A stretch of 63,869 nt of DNA, the filler included, from Anaerolineae bacterium (GTDB lineage: Bacteria > Chloroflexota > Anaerolineae > Epilineales > Epilineaceae): the NCBI GenBank assembly GCA_029262755.1. It is 7 parts of 7 records of this genome, joined end to end, with 100 filler letters (N's around TTAATTAATTAA, not from the genome) between each part and the next. Parts side by side here need not be neighbours in the genome. Positions count along the whole stretch, not along the records: positions 13,723 to 18,976 come from JAJCYU010000390.1; positions 19,077 to 28,012 come from JAJCYU010000391.1; 5 more parts are not named here. One strand, 5' to 3'. Below, one piece after another: positions 18,386 through 28,112 of the stretch (the first letter of the stretch is position 1; every line of letters begins with the position of its first letter). Under the pieces are notes generated by a model. That model made no database searches and was not told the DNA's origin. It saw nothing but the letters and a program-made list of their open reading frames with translations. Made by a program: the position numbers and the translations under genes.

Positions 18386-18871
18386 TTACGAACCGCCCGA
18401 GGTTCTGAGCCCAAAGAAAGCGGGCCCATTCCAGCGCGTTCCGGTAACGGCACGCGCGACGGCCGAAAGTGACCGGTATGCATTTCCTTGCCAAACAAAT
18501 CCAGCCTCGGTGACGCAGACCTCATGCACGATCCCGCGCCATTCCCGCAGCAACCGGGTGCCAGTCGACAGGTGATTCCTCGCGGCGAACGAGGACCTCT
18601 TTACAGTTTCACCAAACTCGTCAGCTGCGACCACATCAAGTCTTCGTTCGGCGGCTTTCGACACGCCACCGAATGCGCCAACTTGAACCTGATGTGCAAG
18701 AACACGGGCAAGCAAGTCGCGCCGCATTCGTGCCGGTGCAGGAGGGCCAAAGTGTTCCGGCCAGATCGTCCTGAGTTCGGTCGCATCGAGCGACATTAGC
18801 CGTTCGAGTTCACTGGCAACGGCATCAGGCGAAAGCCATTTCGTCCCGGCCTTGCGCTTACCCTTCGACAT
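18386..18871 (-). CDS. DUF2924 domain protein
   Basis: ELRTIWPEHFG, LAHQVQVGAFGG, GTRLLREWRG, YRSLSAVARAVTGTRWNGPAFFGL. Confidence 0.92.
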   Translation of the reverse strand: MSKGKRKAGTKWLSPDAVASELERLMSLDATELRTIWPEHFGPPAPARMRRDLLARVLAHQVQVGAFGGVSKAAERRLDVVAADEFGETVKRSSFAARNHLSTGTRLLREWRGIVHEVCVTEAGFVWQGNAYRSLSAVARAVTGTRWNGPAFFGLRTSGGS

Positions 18872-18976
18872 GATAGCGTCGCGCCTCGCCGTCTTGCTTT
18901 TCCGAGCGCATCTCAAGGCCGAGCTTTCTGCGCACCGTTCCAGATAGGAAACCGCGGACGCTATGGGCTTGCCAGC

Positions 18977-19076
18977 NNNNNNNNNNNNNNNNNNNNNNNN
19001 NNNNNNNNNNNNNNNNNNNNTTAATTAATTAANNNNNNNNNNNNNNNNNNNNNNNNNNNNNNNNNNNNNNNNNNNN
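18977..19076. other. Artificial contig-joining spacer
   Basis: 44 N + TTAATTAATTAA + 44 N. Confidence 0.99.
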
Positions 19077-19221
19077 CCCGGGTGGCGACGACATTGACGC
19101 ATGGGCCCCGGGTGGCGACGACATTGATGCATGGGCGCCGGGTGGCGACGACATTGATGCATGGGCGCCGGGTGGCGACGACATTGATGCATGGGCGCCG
19201 GGTGGCGACGACATTGATGCA
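19077..19221. repeat. 30-bp tandem repeat, about 4.8 copies, truncated by the contig edge
   Basis: Unit GGTGGCGACGACATTGATGCATGGGCGCCG at 19081, 19111, 19141, 19171 and partial at 19201; no spacers. Confidence 0.95.
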
Positions 19222-19371
19222 GCGGGACGCTCGCGGTAGCGAAAACCGTGGTATGGTGGGCTCATCAGGTAGGCTGATGATCGTACCCAAGGTGGACGAC
19301 CGTCCTCTCTGATCGGCGTAGCAGCCTTTCGGAACCAGGACGGTCGTTGCCGTCCCAGGGGATGAGTTGCT

Positions 19372-22300
19372 TTGGCCGCTCTGCTGTACGCGGAATCGCG
19401 AACCGACACGGTGCGTGGGCGCAGCGTAGAAAACGCCACTTTGATGGATGCCCGGAAGCGGGACGCGGAAACGCATCTTGCCGGCTTGTTCGCGACCGTC
19501 GTCCGATCCCGGGGTGGGGAGCTTGAGCTGGTCGACACCCCCGCCGACATCCTGCGCGGTTCCGATACCTCGATCTACCGTGCCGTGTTCCCCGCGGCGG
19601 ACAACGCGGTGTACGCCGCGCACGCGCTCGTCGAAGGATCGCCCGGTCTTCCTACCGAGGTCCGCATCGCGATCGGTCCGGGCTCGCCCGACGAGACGGG
19701 AACGTACGATTTCGGGGACTGCCAAGCGTTGTGCGCGGTCGCCCTCGACCGACAGATTCTCGTGCGCGGAGAAGTTCAAGGCGACCTGAGCGCGCCGACT
19801 CTCGCGGATCATCCCTCACGTCCGCTTGGAGACTTGCGCCCCCTGGACCTTTCCCCGCCCGTGGCGACCTTCCTCTCGCAGCGGGATGGCAGCGATCCTT
19901 TTCAGGCCCCCGTGGGACTCAACGCGGTCGCTCACAATCTGCCGATCATTCGGACGCCTTTCGTGGGGCGAGTGCGCGAGCGCAGGGACCTGCGATTGTT
20001 CCTCGAAGCCCACCCGTTGGTCACGATCGTTTCGGGGGGTGGCGTAGGCAAGACACGGCTCGCGCTCCAACTCGCCGGTGAGGTCGCGCCATCCTTCGCT
20101 CATGGCGTGTTCCTCATCGACCTCGCCATGCTCTCCAACGAGCAACTGGTTGCCGAAACCATGGCCGCCGCGGTCGGCATCGAGGAGACGTCCGATCAGA
20201 CGTCTATCGATGCTCTTGTCGAGTGGGTCGGACGGCGGCGCGTATTGCTGCTGGTGGACAACTGCGAACACGTACTGGACGCCTGCCAGGCGGCCGCGGC
20301 ACGCCTCGTGAGAGAATGCCCCAACGTACGCCTTCTCGCCACGAGCCGTGTCCGCCTCGGGTTGCCGGAGGAGCATGCCTTCGAGCTGCCGGCACTGAGC
20401 GTCGAGACGGACACCGAGCATGGCCGATGTGTGCCCTCCGAGGCGGTCGATCTGTTCTTGAGGAGGGTGCGTGGTCGACGGGATCATGCCTCGCTTCCCG
20501 ATCCAAAGACCTTCAACCCCGCGGTGCTCGATGCGCTTTGTCGCCTGTTGGAAGGCAACCCGCTGGCGATCGAGCTTGCGACGGCCCGTATAGGCCGATG
20601 GTCGATCGAGGAAGTTTTCGATCGCGTGTCGGAGCGGTTCGCGGCGTTGGGAGAGGATCCGGATGCCACCCATCCGCGTCAGCGGTCGCTTTGGGCGACG
20701 ATCGAGTGGAGCGTTCGCCTGCTGAGCGAGCCCACCGCGGTGCTCTTCCGACGCATGTCGGTGTTTCGTGGCGGCGCGACGGCACATGACATTCTCTCGG
20801 TGGTTACCGATGAGATGCTTCCCGAGTCCCAGATCGAGAGCGCTTTGAACGAGTTGGAATCTGGCCATCTGATCGTGCTGGACCGCACCGAGCAGGGAAG
20901 CGTCCGGTTTCGCCAACTGGAGACGATCCGCACGTTCGGGGAGGAAGCGCTGGTGGCGGCTGGCGGCGTCGAGGTCTTCAACGCGCGCCATGCCTCCCAC
21001 TTCCGCGACATGCTCATTGCCCAAGCGCCGGCACTCAACGGACCGCAACAGGTGGCCGTCCAGCGGGCGTTTCAGGAGGCCCACGGCAACATCCGCAAGG
21101 CGCTGGACTGGCATGTAGTCTCTGGCGAGACGGAGCACGGATTGCGGCTCGGTGTCGCGCTGCGGCGCTTCTGGGCAACCGCCGGCTACCTCAACGAAGG
21201 GCGCCACTACCTTTCGCGGCTGCTCGCGATCGACGATGCCTCGGTGCCGAAACCCGTGCGCGCCAACGCCCTCCATTGCCTCGGGACGATCGCCAAGCGG
21301 CAGTCCGCGTTCGACCTCGCCCTAACGAGCCTCAACGAGAGCATGGAGCTCGCGGAAGCGACCAACGACCTGGCGCTGCTTGGTAAGCTGCGGAACTCCT
21401 TGGGCAACATCGCTTGGGCGAAGGCGGACATGCGCGAGGCGAAAGCGCATTTCGACGCATCACTGCTCATGTTGAAGGAGACCGAGCACGAGGTAGGGAT
21501 TGTTACGGTCCTCAACATGCTCGCGGTGACCCAAATGTTCATGGGTGACTTGGACGAGGCGACGGAGAACCTGAACCAGAGTCGCCACCTAGCGGAAGAT
21601 ATCGGCAACGAGCGCGGCGTCATCGACGCGCTGAACAACCTGGCGATCATTCATGGAATTCGCGGAGAGTACGGCAAGGCGCGCTCCATGCTCGCACAGT
21701 GCATGAATGCCCTGCAGCACTTTCACGATGCGCGGAGGGCGGGACTCTCCATGACCAACCTTGCCCACATTGCGTTTCGCCAGGGGCGGCACGAGGACGC
21801 GCGCCAACTGTGCCACGCCTCAATTCGCGAGCAGCTCCAGATCGGCGATCACGGGGGGGTCGGCCTTTCTCATGTAACCCTGGGCGCCGTTGCGCTCGCC
21901 GACCAGGACTACGACGAGGCGTCCCGCCAGTTCGGGGCATGCCAGGCCATCCTGGAGGAATACGGGGAACGAAGCTTCGAAGCGGACATCCATCTGGGAC
22001 TTGGTAAGGTGGCGTTTGCTCGCGGGCAGCTCGAGGAGGCGAGACGTCTCTTTGAGGAGGCGATGGAAACGGCGCTCGCGATGCCCCATTGCAACATCGA
22101 GGCTCAGGCCGCCTACGCCTTGGGCCGGCTCGAACTCTCCGTGGGCCGTGTGGACGAGGCCGCGGCGCATCTGCGGGCCAGCTTGAGACTTCGCGTGGCA
22201 ATGAGCAGCCCGCGAGGTATTGCGGAGACTTTGGAGTCCCTTGCCGAAATCGCCTTCCTGCGCGGCAACCCGAAACGAGCCGTACACTGTTTGGCCGCGG

Positions 22301-22485
22301 CTCACGCGATGCGGGAGACCATCGGATCTCCCCTCCCTGGGGGGGAGCAACGGGAGATCGACCTGCGGATAGATACAGTCCGAAACCAGATCGGACCCAT
22401 GACCTTCGATTCGGCGTGGGCTGTCGGGCTCAAAGAGGACGGCCAAGGAGTCGTCCGCGAGGAACTGGAAGCAATCGCGACCTGA
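19372..22485 (+). CDS. STAND/NB-ARC-type ATPase with TPR repeats and a degenerate N-terminal cyclase-like domain
   Basis: HNLP...FVGR, Walker A SGGGVGKTRLA, Walker B LLLVDNCEH, LATSR, LEGNPLAIELA, RQLETIR, long TPR array; start uncertain. Confidence 0.9.
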   Translation: MAALLYAESRTDTVRGRSVENATLMDARKRDAETHLAGLFATVVRSRGGELELVDTPADILRGSDTSIYRAVFPAADNAVYAAHALVEGSPGLPTEVRIAIGPGSPDETGTYDFGDCQALCAVALDRQILVRGEVQGDLSAPTLADHPSRPLGDLRPLDLSPPVATFLSQRDGSDPFQAPVGLNAVAHNLPIIRTPFVGRVRERRDLRLFLEAHPLVTIVSGGGVGKTRLALQLAGEVAPSFAHGVFLIDLAMLSNEQLVAETMAAAVGIEETSDQTSIDALVEWVGRRRVLLLVDNCEHVLDACQAAAARLVRECPNVRLLATSRVRLGLPEEHAFELPALSVETDTEHGRCVPSEAVDLFLRRVRGRRDHASLPDPKTFNPAVLDALCRLLEGNPLAIELATARIGRWSIEEVFDRVSERFAALGEDPDATHPRQRSLWATIEWSVRLLSEPTAVLFRRMSVFRGGATAHDILSVVTDEMLPESQIESALNELESGHLIVLDRTEQGSVRFRQLETIRTFGEEALVAAGGVEVFNARHASHFRDMLIAQAPALNGPQQVAVQRAFQEAHGNIRKALDWHVVSGETEHGLRLGVALRRFWATAGYLNEGRHYLSRLLAIDDASVPKPVRANALHCLGTIAKRQSAFDLALTSLNESMELAEATNDLALLGKLRNSLGNIAWAKADMREAKAHFDASLLMLKETEHEVGIVTVLNMLAVTQMFMGDLDEATENLNQSRHLAEDIGNERGVIDALNNLAIIHGIRGEYGKARSMLAQCMNALQHFHDARRAGLSMTNLAHIAFRQGRHEDARQLCHASIREQLQIGDHGGVGLSHVTLGAVALADQDYDEASRQFGACQAILEEYGERSFEADIHLGLGKVAFARGQLEEARRLFEEAMETALAMPHCNIEAQAAYALGRLELSVGRVDEAAAHLRASLRLRVAMSSPRGIAETLESLAEIAFLRGNPKRAVHCLAAAHAMRETIGSPLPGGEQREIDLRIDTVRNQIGPMTFDSAWAVGLKEDGQGVVREELEAIAT

Positions 22486-22756
22486 TCGGTCAAGCCCGCG
22501 CAGGGGCCACGCGCGGCCCAGACCCCAGGGCGACGCACTCGACCCTTGACCGCGGCGTCGGCGTCCGGATACCGTAGCGCTCGTACAGCCCTTGAGTATT
22601 GCATTCCGCACGCTGCCCGGTCACGTCGGGCAGTGGTCCGGCGTCGCAGAGTACGTGTCCATCGGTTACGCCGAGCATCCAAACGCGGTCGACGACGTTG
22701 CCACGGTGCGCGTAACCCTATCTCGGGCGCGCTTGCCCCTTGCGAGGAGAGTCGAG

Positions 22757-25700
22757 ATGTTTCGTGCCCGTTTCCGTTCCGCCCTGCCGGTTGGTATCCC
22801 CGCGCTCTTGCTGATCCTCGGCGGCGCGCTTCTCACGCGTCCGGGTGGTGGTGCGGTCGCATCACCGCCGCCGCCGGATGTGCGACCCGCACCGGCACGG
22901 GCGGTACCCGTGGCCAGTTGGCTCGTGACGCTGGACGGACCGAGCGTGTACCGCCGGTACGCGTCGCTGGAGAGCCTCGACGCATCCGGCGCAGCCGGGC
23001 GGGACGCTGCCGCGACCGTTGCGCGAGCCAAGGAGCTCGCGCCGGAGCTCGCGGCCATCGAACGCGCCGTGCAGGAGGTGCAGGCCCCCGTCCTCGACGC
23101 CATCACCGCCTCCGGCGCGCAGGTGATCAGCCGCTACACGACCGCTGCCAACGGTGCGCTCATCCACGCGACCGTAGCCGAGGCCATGGCCGTCGGGGCG
23201 CTGCCCGGCGTCACGCGGATCGAGCTCGCCCCGATCGTCCGTCCGATGCTCGGCCAGAGCGTGCCGCATATCGGCGCCACGGCCTTGGCCGCGGAACTCG
23301 GCTTTGACGGGTCCGACTCCTACGTGGCGGTCATCGATACCGGCGTGGACTATACCCATGGACATTTGGGCGGGCCGGGCACGGTCGAGGCCTTCCAGGC
23401 CGCGGCCGCGCAGCGCGAGGTGATCACCGACACGTGGGAGGGCAAGCCGCTCTACCCCAACGCCAAGGTCGTGGCGGGCTGGGACTTCGTCGGCCGGCGC
23501 TACAACCCTCCGCACATCTGCACCGACGTCATGATGGCGGCCGGCACCTGCACGAACGTTCCGGAGCCGGATGCCGACCCGCTCGACGGCGCCAGCCACG
23601 GCACGCACGTCAGCGGGATCGTTGCGGGCAACGCCGTCGCGAACCTCGCGGACGGTGTAGCCCCTGGGGCAAAGCTGGTCGGACTCAAGCTCTACGGGCT
23701 CGGTGGCGCGGATGAAGCCGCCGATGTGCTGGTCGACGCGCTGGAATGGCTCGCGCGCGTCAACCTGGGGTTGGAGGACCGCGGAGTGCTCCCGCCGCGC
23801 GTCGACGCGGTGAACATCAGCTTGGGTGAAGGGCAGGCCATCGCCAGCCATCTCTTCGACGAAGCTGCGGAAGCAGCCGTCGGCGCGGGTGTGATCGTGG
23901 CGGCCTCCGCGGGCAACAGCGGCAACCGCCCGTACGTGCTCGGATCGCCGTCCGCGAGCCCCTCCATCCTCAGCGTCGCCAGCTCCGTGCCGCCCTCGGA
24001 GGGCCTCGAGATCCTCACCCAATGGGCGGACGCCGGCGGTGACCAGGAAGAGGGCCTTCTCGCGATTGAGAGCAGCATCGCGCGGCCCTTGGGCGAGACG
24101 GGGGTGATTACAGCGCCCTTGGCTTGGTTCGGCCGCGCATGTGCCGACGACGCGCAGGAGCAGGACGTCACGGAACGCATCGCCCTCGTGGAACGGGGCA
24201 CCTGCACCTTCAGCGAAAAACTACTCAACGCCCAGACCGCGGGCGCGATCGCGGTGCTGATGTTCACCGATGGCCGTGGCAAGAACGCGATGGGCGGCGA
24301 TGGCGCGGGCGTCGTGATCCCCGCCGTCATGATCGACAACGCACCGGGTATCGCCCTGCGGGACCGCGTCACGAACGATGTCGCGGTCACCGTCTTGATC
24401 GATCCGTCCCGGCGTACCGTAGATGACTCGAGCGCCGACGCGATCTCTGGCTTCAGTTCCCGCGGACCAAGCCGCAACGGCGCGCTCAAGCCCGATATCA
24501 CGGGGCCGGGCAGCGGGATCCTGTCTGCGGCGCGGGGTTCGGGCACCGGGGGCAGCAGCTCGAGCGGCACCTCCATGTCCAGCCCGCACCTCGCGGGAGC
24601 AGCGGGGGTCGTCCAGCAGCGTAATCGCGAGCAGGAGCTCGGTCTAGGCGCAGCGGATCTTGGCGCGCTGCTGATGAACTACGCCCGACCGGTCATCGAT
24701 GGCGGCGCCTCGCCCGTCGTGCGACAAGGAGCGGGACGGGTCGACATGATGGGCGCGGGCACGGGCATGTTGCTCGTTCGCGCGGGCGAGATCGCCAGCC
24801 TGAACATCGGCGCGCTTGCCGTGACGACAGGCGAGGAGCGGGAGCTCAGCCTGCAGTTGCGCAATCTGGGAACCGATACCGAGCTGAACGTGGCGCTGCG
24901 CTCCGTGCTGGTCGATGAGGGCGATCTGGACACAGGCATCACGGTCGGGCTGCCGGACGCAGCGATCACCGTCCAGCCGGGCGAGCAGGTCCAGGTATCG
25001 GTACCCGTAGCCATCGATCCGGAGACGATGCGTCCGTGGCGGTTGCTCGGGTCCGCAGGCGCCAATGCCGCGGACGTCCAGCTGCACGAGATCGACGGCT
25101 ATATCATCGCAACCCTTGTGGATTCCTCAGGCACGGCAGTTCCCGATGCTCCGGAGGTGAGCGTCCCCTTTTACGGCCTGCCGCGCCGCGCATCGGCGCT
25201 CCAGGCGTCCGACCTGCGACCGCAGGCGGATGACGCGGGCGAGATCGCGCTGGTGAACACGTCGGCCTACACGGGCACGGCAGAGATCTTCCTCTTGCCC
25301 TACGAGGGATCACTCGCCAGTGACGAGTACCCCGATGCCGCCGCGGATGATCCTGACGAGCCGGAAGTCGGGCTCGAGCTTGACCTGCGGACGATCGGCG
25401 TGCGTTTTGAGCCGCCGGTGGACGAGGACTCGGAGGGTCGCCTCGCCTTTGGCGTTGCACTGCACGAGGTTGCGGCCATCCCGCAGCAGGCATCGACGCA
25501 TATCTTTGTCGACACCGATCTCGACGGCGCGCCGGACTACCGCATCCGTGAGGTGACCGCGGGCGATGCGATCTCGACGCGCTACGCCGCGTGGGATGTG
25601 GTCAGCAACACGATCGCGGGCACCGAGCTGCTGACCAAAAGCCTGCACGTGACGGACCTGCACACCCGCGTGTCTGTCCTGTCGGTGCCGCTATCGGCCG

Positions 25701-26104
25701 TGGGGCTCGATGGCCCCGCTCCGATCGCGTTCTCCGTGCGGCGCGAAGGCAATCACGAGGACTGGCGACACATCGGGCTGCCGGATTGGGCGCCCAACGC
25801 TGCCGCGGCGGCGGACGAACCATGGCCGCACTACACGCTACCGCTCGACCGCCTTTCCCGGATGCCGGCACGATGGACCGCCGTGCTGCCAGGGGGAAGT
25901 CGCACGGCCGTGCCGATGAAGGCCGGCGCGCAGAAAGGCGATCTCGATCCGGAGCTGCTCGTACTCTATCCGTCCAACGACTTTGCGCCGGCAGGGGGAA
26001 CCAACGGCTCTCAGATCCAGCGCCTGCGTGCCACGCCGGCGTCGATCATCCTGCCGCTGCTGATGCGCGATCACGTGCTGGGCGGTACGTCCGTGGAACC
26101 GTAG
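22757..26104 (+). CDS. Secreted S8 subtilase with PA domain (Vpr-like)
   Basis: Signal peptide; catalytic VIDTG, HGTHVSG, GTSMSSPH; SAGN oxyanion motif; PA domain ALVERGTCTFSEK; AGGAG RBS. Confidence 0.93.
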   Translation: MFRARFRSALPVGIPALLLILGGALLTRPGGGAVASPPPPDVRPAPARAVPVASWLVTLDGPSVYRRYASLESLDASGAAGRDAAATVARAKELAPELAAIERAVQEVQAPVLDAITASGAQVISRYTTAANGALIHATVAEAMAVGALPGVTRIELAPIVRPMLGQSVPHIGATALAAELGFDGSDSYVAVIDTGVDYTHGHLGGPGTVEAFQAAAAQREVITDTWEGKPLYPNAKVVAGWDFVGRRYNPPHICTDVMMAAGTCTNVPEPDADPLDGASHGTHVSGIVAGNAVANLADGVAPGAKLVGLKLYGLGGADEAADVLVDALEWLARVNLGLEDRGVLPPRVDAVNISLGEGQAIASHLFDEAAEAAVGAGVIVAASAGNSGNRPYVLGSPSASPSILSVASSVPPSEGLEILTQWADAGGDQEEGLLAIESSIARPLGETGVITAPLAWFGRACADDAQEQDVTERIALVERGTCTFSEKLLNAQTAGAIAVLMFTDGRGKNAMGGDGAGVVIPAVMIDNAPGIALRDRVTNDVAVTVLIDPSRRTVDDSSADAISGFSSRGPSRNGALKPDITGPGSGILSAARGSGTGGSSSSGTSMSSPHLAGAAGVVQQRNREQELGLGAADLGALLMNYARPVIDGGASPVVRQGAGRVDMMGAGTGMLLVRAGEIASLNIGALAVTTGEERELSLQLRNLGTDTELNVALRSVLVDEGDLDTGITVGLPDAAITVQPGEQVQVSVPVAIDPETMRPWRLLGSAGANAADVQLHEIDGYIIATLVDSSGTAVPDAPEVSVPFYGLPRRASALQASDLRPQADDAGEIALVNTSAYTGTAEIFLLPYEGSLASDEYPDAAADDPDEPEVGLELDLRTIGVRFEPPVDEDSEGRLAFGVALHEVAAIPQQASTHIFVDTDLDGAPDYRIREVTAGDAISTRYAAWDVVSNTIAGTELLTKSLHVTDLHTRVSVLSVPLSAVGLDGPAPIAFSVRREGNHEDWRHIGLPDWAPNAAAAADEPWPHYTLPLDRLSRMPARWTAVLPGGSRTAVPMKAGAQKGDLDPELLVLYPSNDFAPAGGTNGSQIQRLRATPASIILPLLMRDHVLGGTSVEP

Positions 26105-26311
26105 GCCGCGAACGATTCTCCCGCCGGGCCTGACGATGTAGGCTCGGCGGCTTGGCAACCACGCGCGCTCCACAAGCGCTCCACGGGCCTCGGGTCAGAG
26201 CGATCAGGCAACCTGCTTCCGCGGGTCGTTGGTCCCATGGGTTGCGTCTCGGTATGATGGGTTGCCCCCGCGTCGCGAACGCGACGCCGCAGGCACGAGG
26301 AAGGATCCACG

Positions 26312-26917
26312 ATGCAGACCCTTCGCAGCATCGAGCAGGTCCTGGCAGAAGAGTATCCGCAAACCGTGACAACGCGTGACGGGGGAGCGGTGCTGCTTCG
26401 CCCCCTTCAGCGCAACGATCAAGAAGCGTTGATCCGAATGTTCCGCACGATTCCCAGCCAGGAGCAGGGGCGGTTCTTTCGCGATCCCGTCACGGATCCG
26501 GTGGTCGTTGCGGAATGGTGTAATTCGATTGACCCGACGTCCGTGTTGGCCATCGTGGCCCTCGACGGCGAGCGCATTGTGGCGGATGGGACCGTCCACT
26601 GCTCCAGTTCCCAAATGAAGCATCACGTCGGTGCGCTGCGCTTGTCGGTTGATCCGGCCTATCGTGGTCGTGGTGTCGGCGGCGTCGTCGTGGCGCATCT
26701 ACTCGACCTGGCACCCTACGCCGGATTGGAGTGGGTGGACGCAGAGGTCAGCACGAACGAAGTCGGCGCCCTGCGCTTCTTGGAGCAGATGCGCTTCGAG
26801 CGCCACGGGGTGTTGCCCGACCATGCGCAGGACGGACTGGGCGGCGTGTTCGACGTCGTGCTGATGGCACGCCACGTCGGGCGCGAGATAGAGCGCGACA
26901 TCGGCGGCCAAGGCTAG
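26312..26917 (+). CDS. GNAT family N-acetyltransferase
   Basis: LSVDPAYRGRGVG acetyl-CoA-binding motif, NEVGALRFLEQMRF. Confidence 0.88.
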   Translation: MQTLRSIEQVLAEEYPQTVTTRDGGAVLLRPLQRNDQEALIRMFRTIPSQEQGRFFRDPVTDPVVVAEWCNSIDPTSVLAIVALDGERIVADGTVHCSSSQMKHHVGALRLSVDPAYRGRGVGGVVVAHLLDLAPYAGLEWVDAEVSTNEVGALRFLEQMRFERHGVLPDHAQDGLGGVFDVVLMARHVGREIERDIGGQG

Positions 26918-26950
26918 TTGGGGCTGTTCTCGGTAAATGCCCACTAGCAC

Positions 26951-27406
26951 CTACTTCAAACCTGGGGCGCCCCATTCCTCTTCGGGGATGTCGTCCTCGT
27001 CGTCCCACACGTCCTCGACCACGTCGTCGGCCTTGTCGCTGTCCGCGCTCTTTTTGGCACCGGTTCCCGGCCTTCCGCCCGTGCTCGCATCGCCCTCCAT
27101 GCCCAAAAATACCAGGGTGCGGTCACCGGCCGGCGCCAGCAGGTAGCGGCCGGGTGGAAGCGGAGGCGGGGCGACGGGCTGGCTGGCGCGATGGACCGCG
27201 ACGGCCTGCGATTTGATAGGAATCGCGCCCTGAATCTCGGGCAGGGTCGGCGCGATACGCAGGCGGCCGACCTCGTCGTGGTAGAAGCGAATCGCGGGCG
27301 GATCGCCCATGGCCATGGCGGTCGCCTCCGGAACCTGCAGGCGCAGGCCGGGGCCGATCACCTCGATGCGAATCTCGTAGGTTGGACGGCGGGCCGAGTC
27401 GGACAT
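26951..27406 (-). CDS. Hypothetical protein
   Basis: Plausible beta-rich ORF with acidic tail and AGGAG RBS, convergent with the GNAT gene. Confidence 0.6.
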   Translation of the reverse strand: MSDSARRPTYEIRIEVIGPGLRLQVPEATAMAMGDPPAIRFYHDEVGRLRIAPTLPEIQGAIPIKSQAVAVHRASQPVAPPPLPPGRYLLAPAGDRTLVFLGMEGDASTGGRPGTGAKKSADSDKADDVVEDVWDDEDDIPEEEWGAPGLK

Positions 27407-27683
27407 CGAAGGCGCTCCTGGGCGACGGACACAGTCGGGCAACGGTAGCATTCGTCCCGGAGCGCGGACAACGCGGACTATTGGGGACGGGGGAGGGGAC
27501 GACGCGCGACGAGATACATAGGTTGCGCGACGCTGGCCGATCTATCCTGGATGGCAAGAAGGCGTTGGACTTAACCCGATCGGCGACCACCGATCGCCCA
27601 CCACCGACCACAGCTCGTACCGCTCGTACCCGTCCGCACGTGCCGTCGCGCCGAACCAGCATGCGCGATCCGAGGAGGCCAAG

Positions 27684-28012
27684 ATGACCGCTGCCACCGT
27701 TTCCCGTCGACAACTGTTTCGTCCGGACCTGTGGTCCGCGAGCATCGGAGCGGGTGGCGGCGTCGGTTGGCAGGCCCGCGCCGCGGCAGAGATGCCGGCG
27801 CCCGACCTGACCGTGCTGATGCTCTCACGCGCCGGATTCGGCGCGCGTCCCGCCGAGGTCGAGGCGGCGCGCGCGATGGGCGCGCAGGCGTGCCACGAGC
27901 AGCAGCTCGACAGGGAGGCGGTGGAAGACGACGCGGAAGACGCATGCCAGGCCGACACGCAGCCGACTTAGACGAAGGAAGAGCGCGCGTTATACGTCGT
28001 CTAAGAGGACAT
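27684..28012 (+). pseudogene. DUF1800-like N-terminal fragment with in-frame stops
   Basis: LMLSRAGFGARP...EQQL motif and GAGGAGG RBS; the frame hits TAG at 27969-27971 and TAA soon after, at the contig end. Confidence 0.55.
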
Positions 28013-28112
28013 NNNNNNNNNNNNNNNNNNNNNNNNNNNNNNNNNNNNNNNNNNNNTTAATTAATTAANNNNNNNNNNNNNNNNNNNNNNNNNNNNNNNN
28101 NNNNNNNNNNNN
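28013..28112. other. Artificial contig-joining spacer
   Basis: 44 N + TTAATTAATTAA + 44 N. Confidence 0.99.

Larger units (their letters stand above)
15784..18976. mobile_element. One end of a putative integrative element (DUF2924 + large serine recombinase) abutting tRNA-Ser
   Basis: AT-rich tract right after the tRNA CCA, a cargo ORF, then a recombinase operon transcribed towards the tRNA; the other end lies beyond the contig. Confidence 0.7.

Noticed and set aside
19077..19221. CRISPR array
   Set aside because: The 30-bp units are head-to-tail with no unique spacers, and there are no cas genes in the window
19372..26104. STAND ATPase plus S8 protease as an Avs-like or ATPase-protease defence pair
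   Set aside because: The S8 enzyme has a signal peptide, a PA domain and its own upstream region, so it is a secreted Vpr-like protease rather than a cytoplasmic effector
27966..28005. Inverted repeat CTTAGACGA...TCGTCTAAG as an IS end or res site
   Set aside because: Only 9 bp at a contig edge with no transposase or resolvase nearby; also explicable as part of the decayed DUF1800 frame
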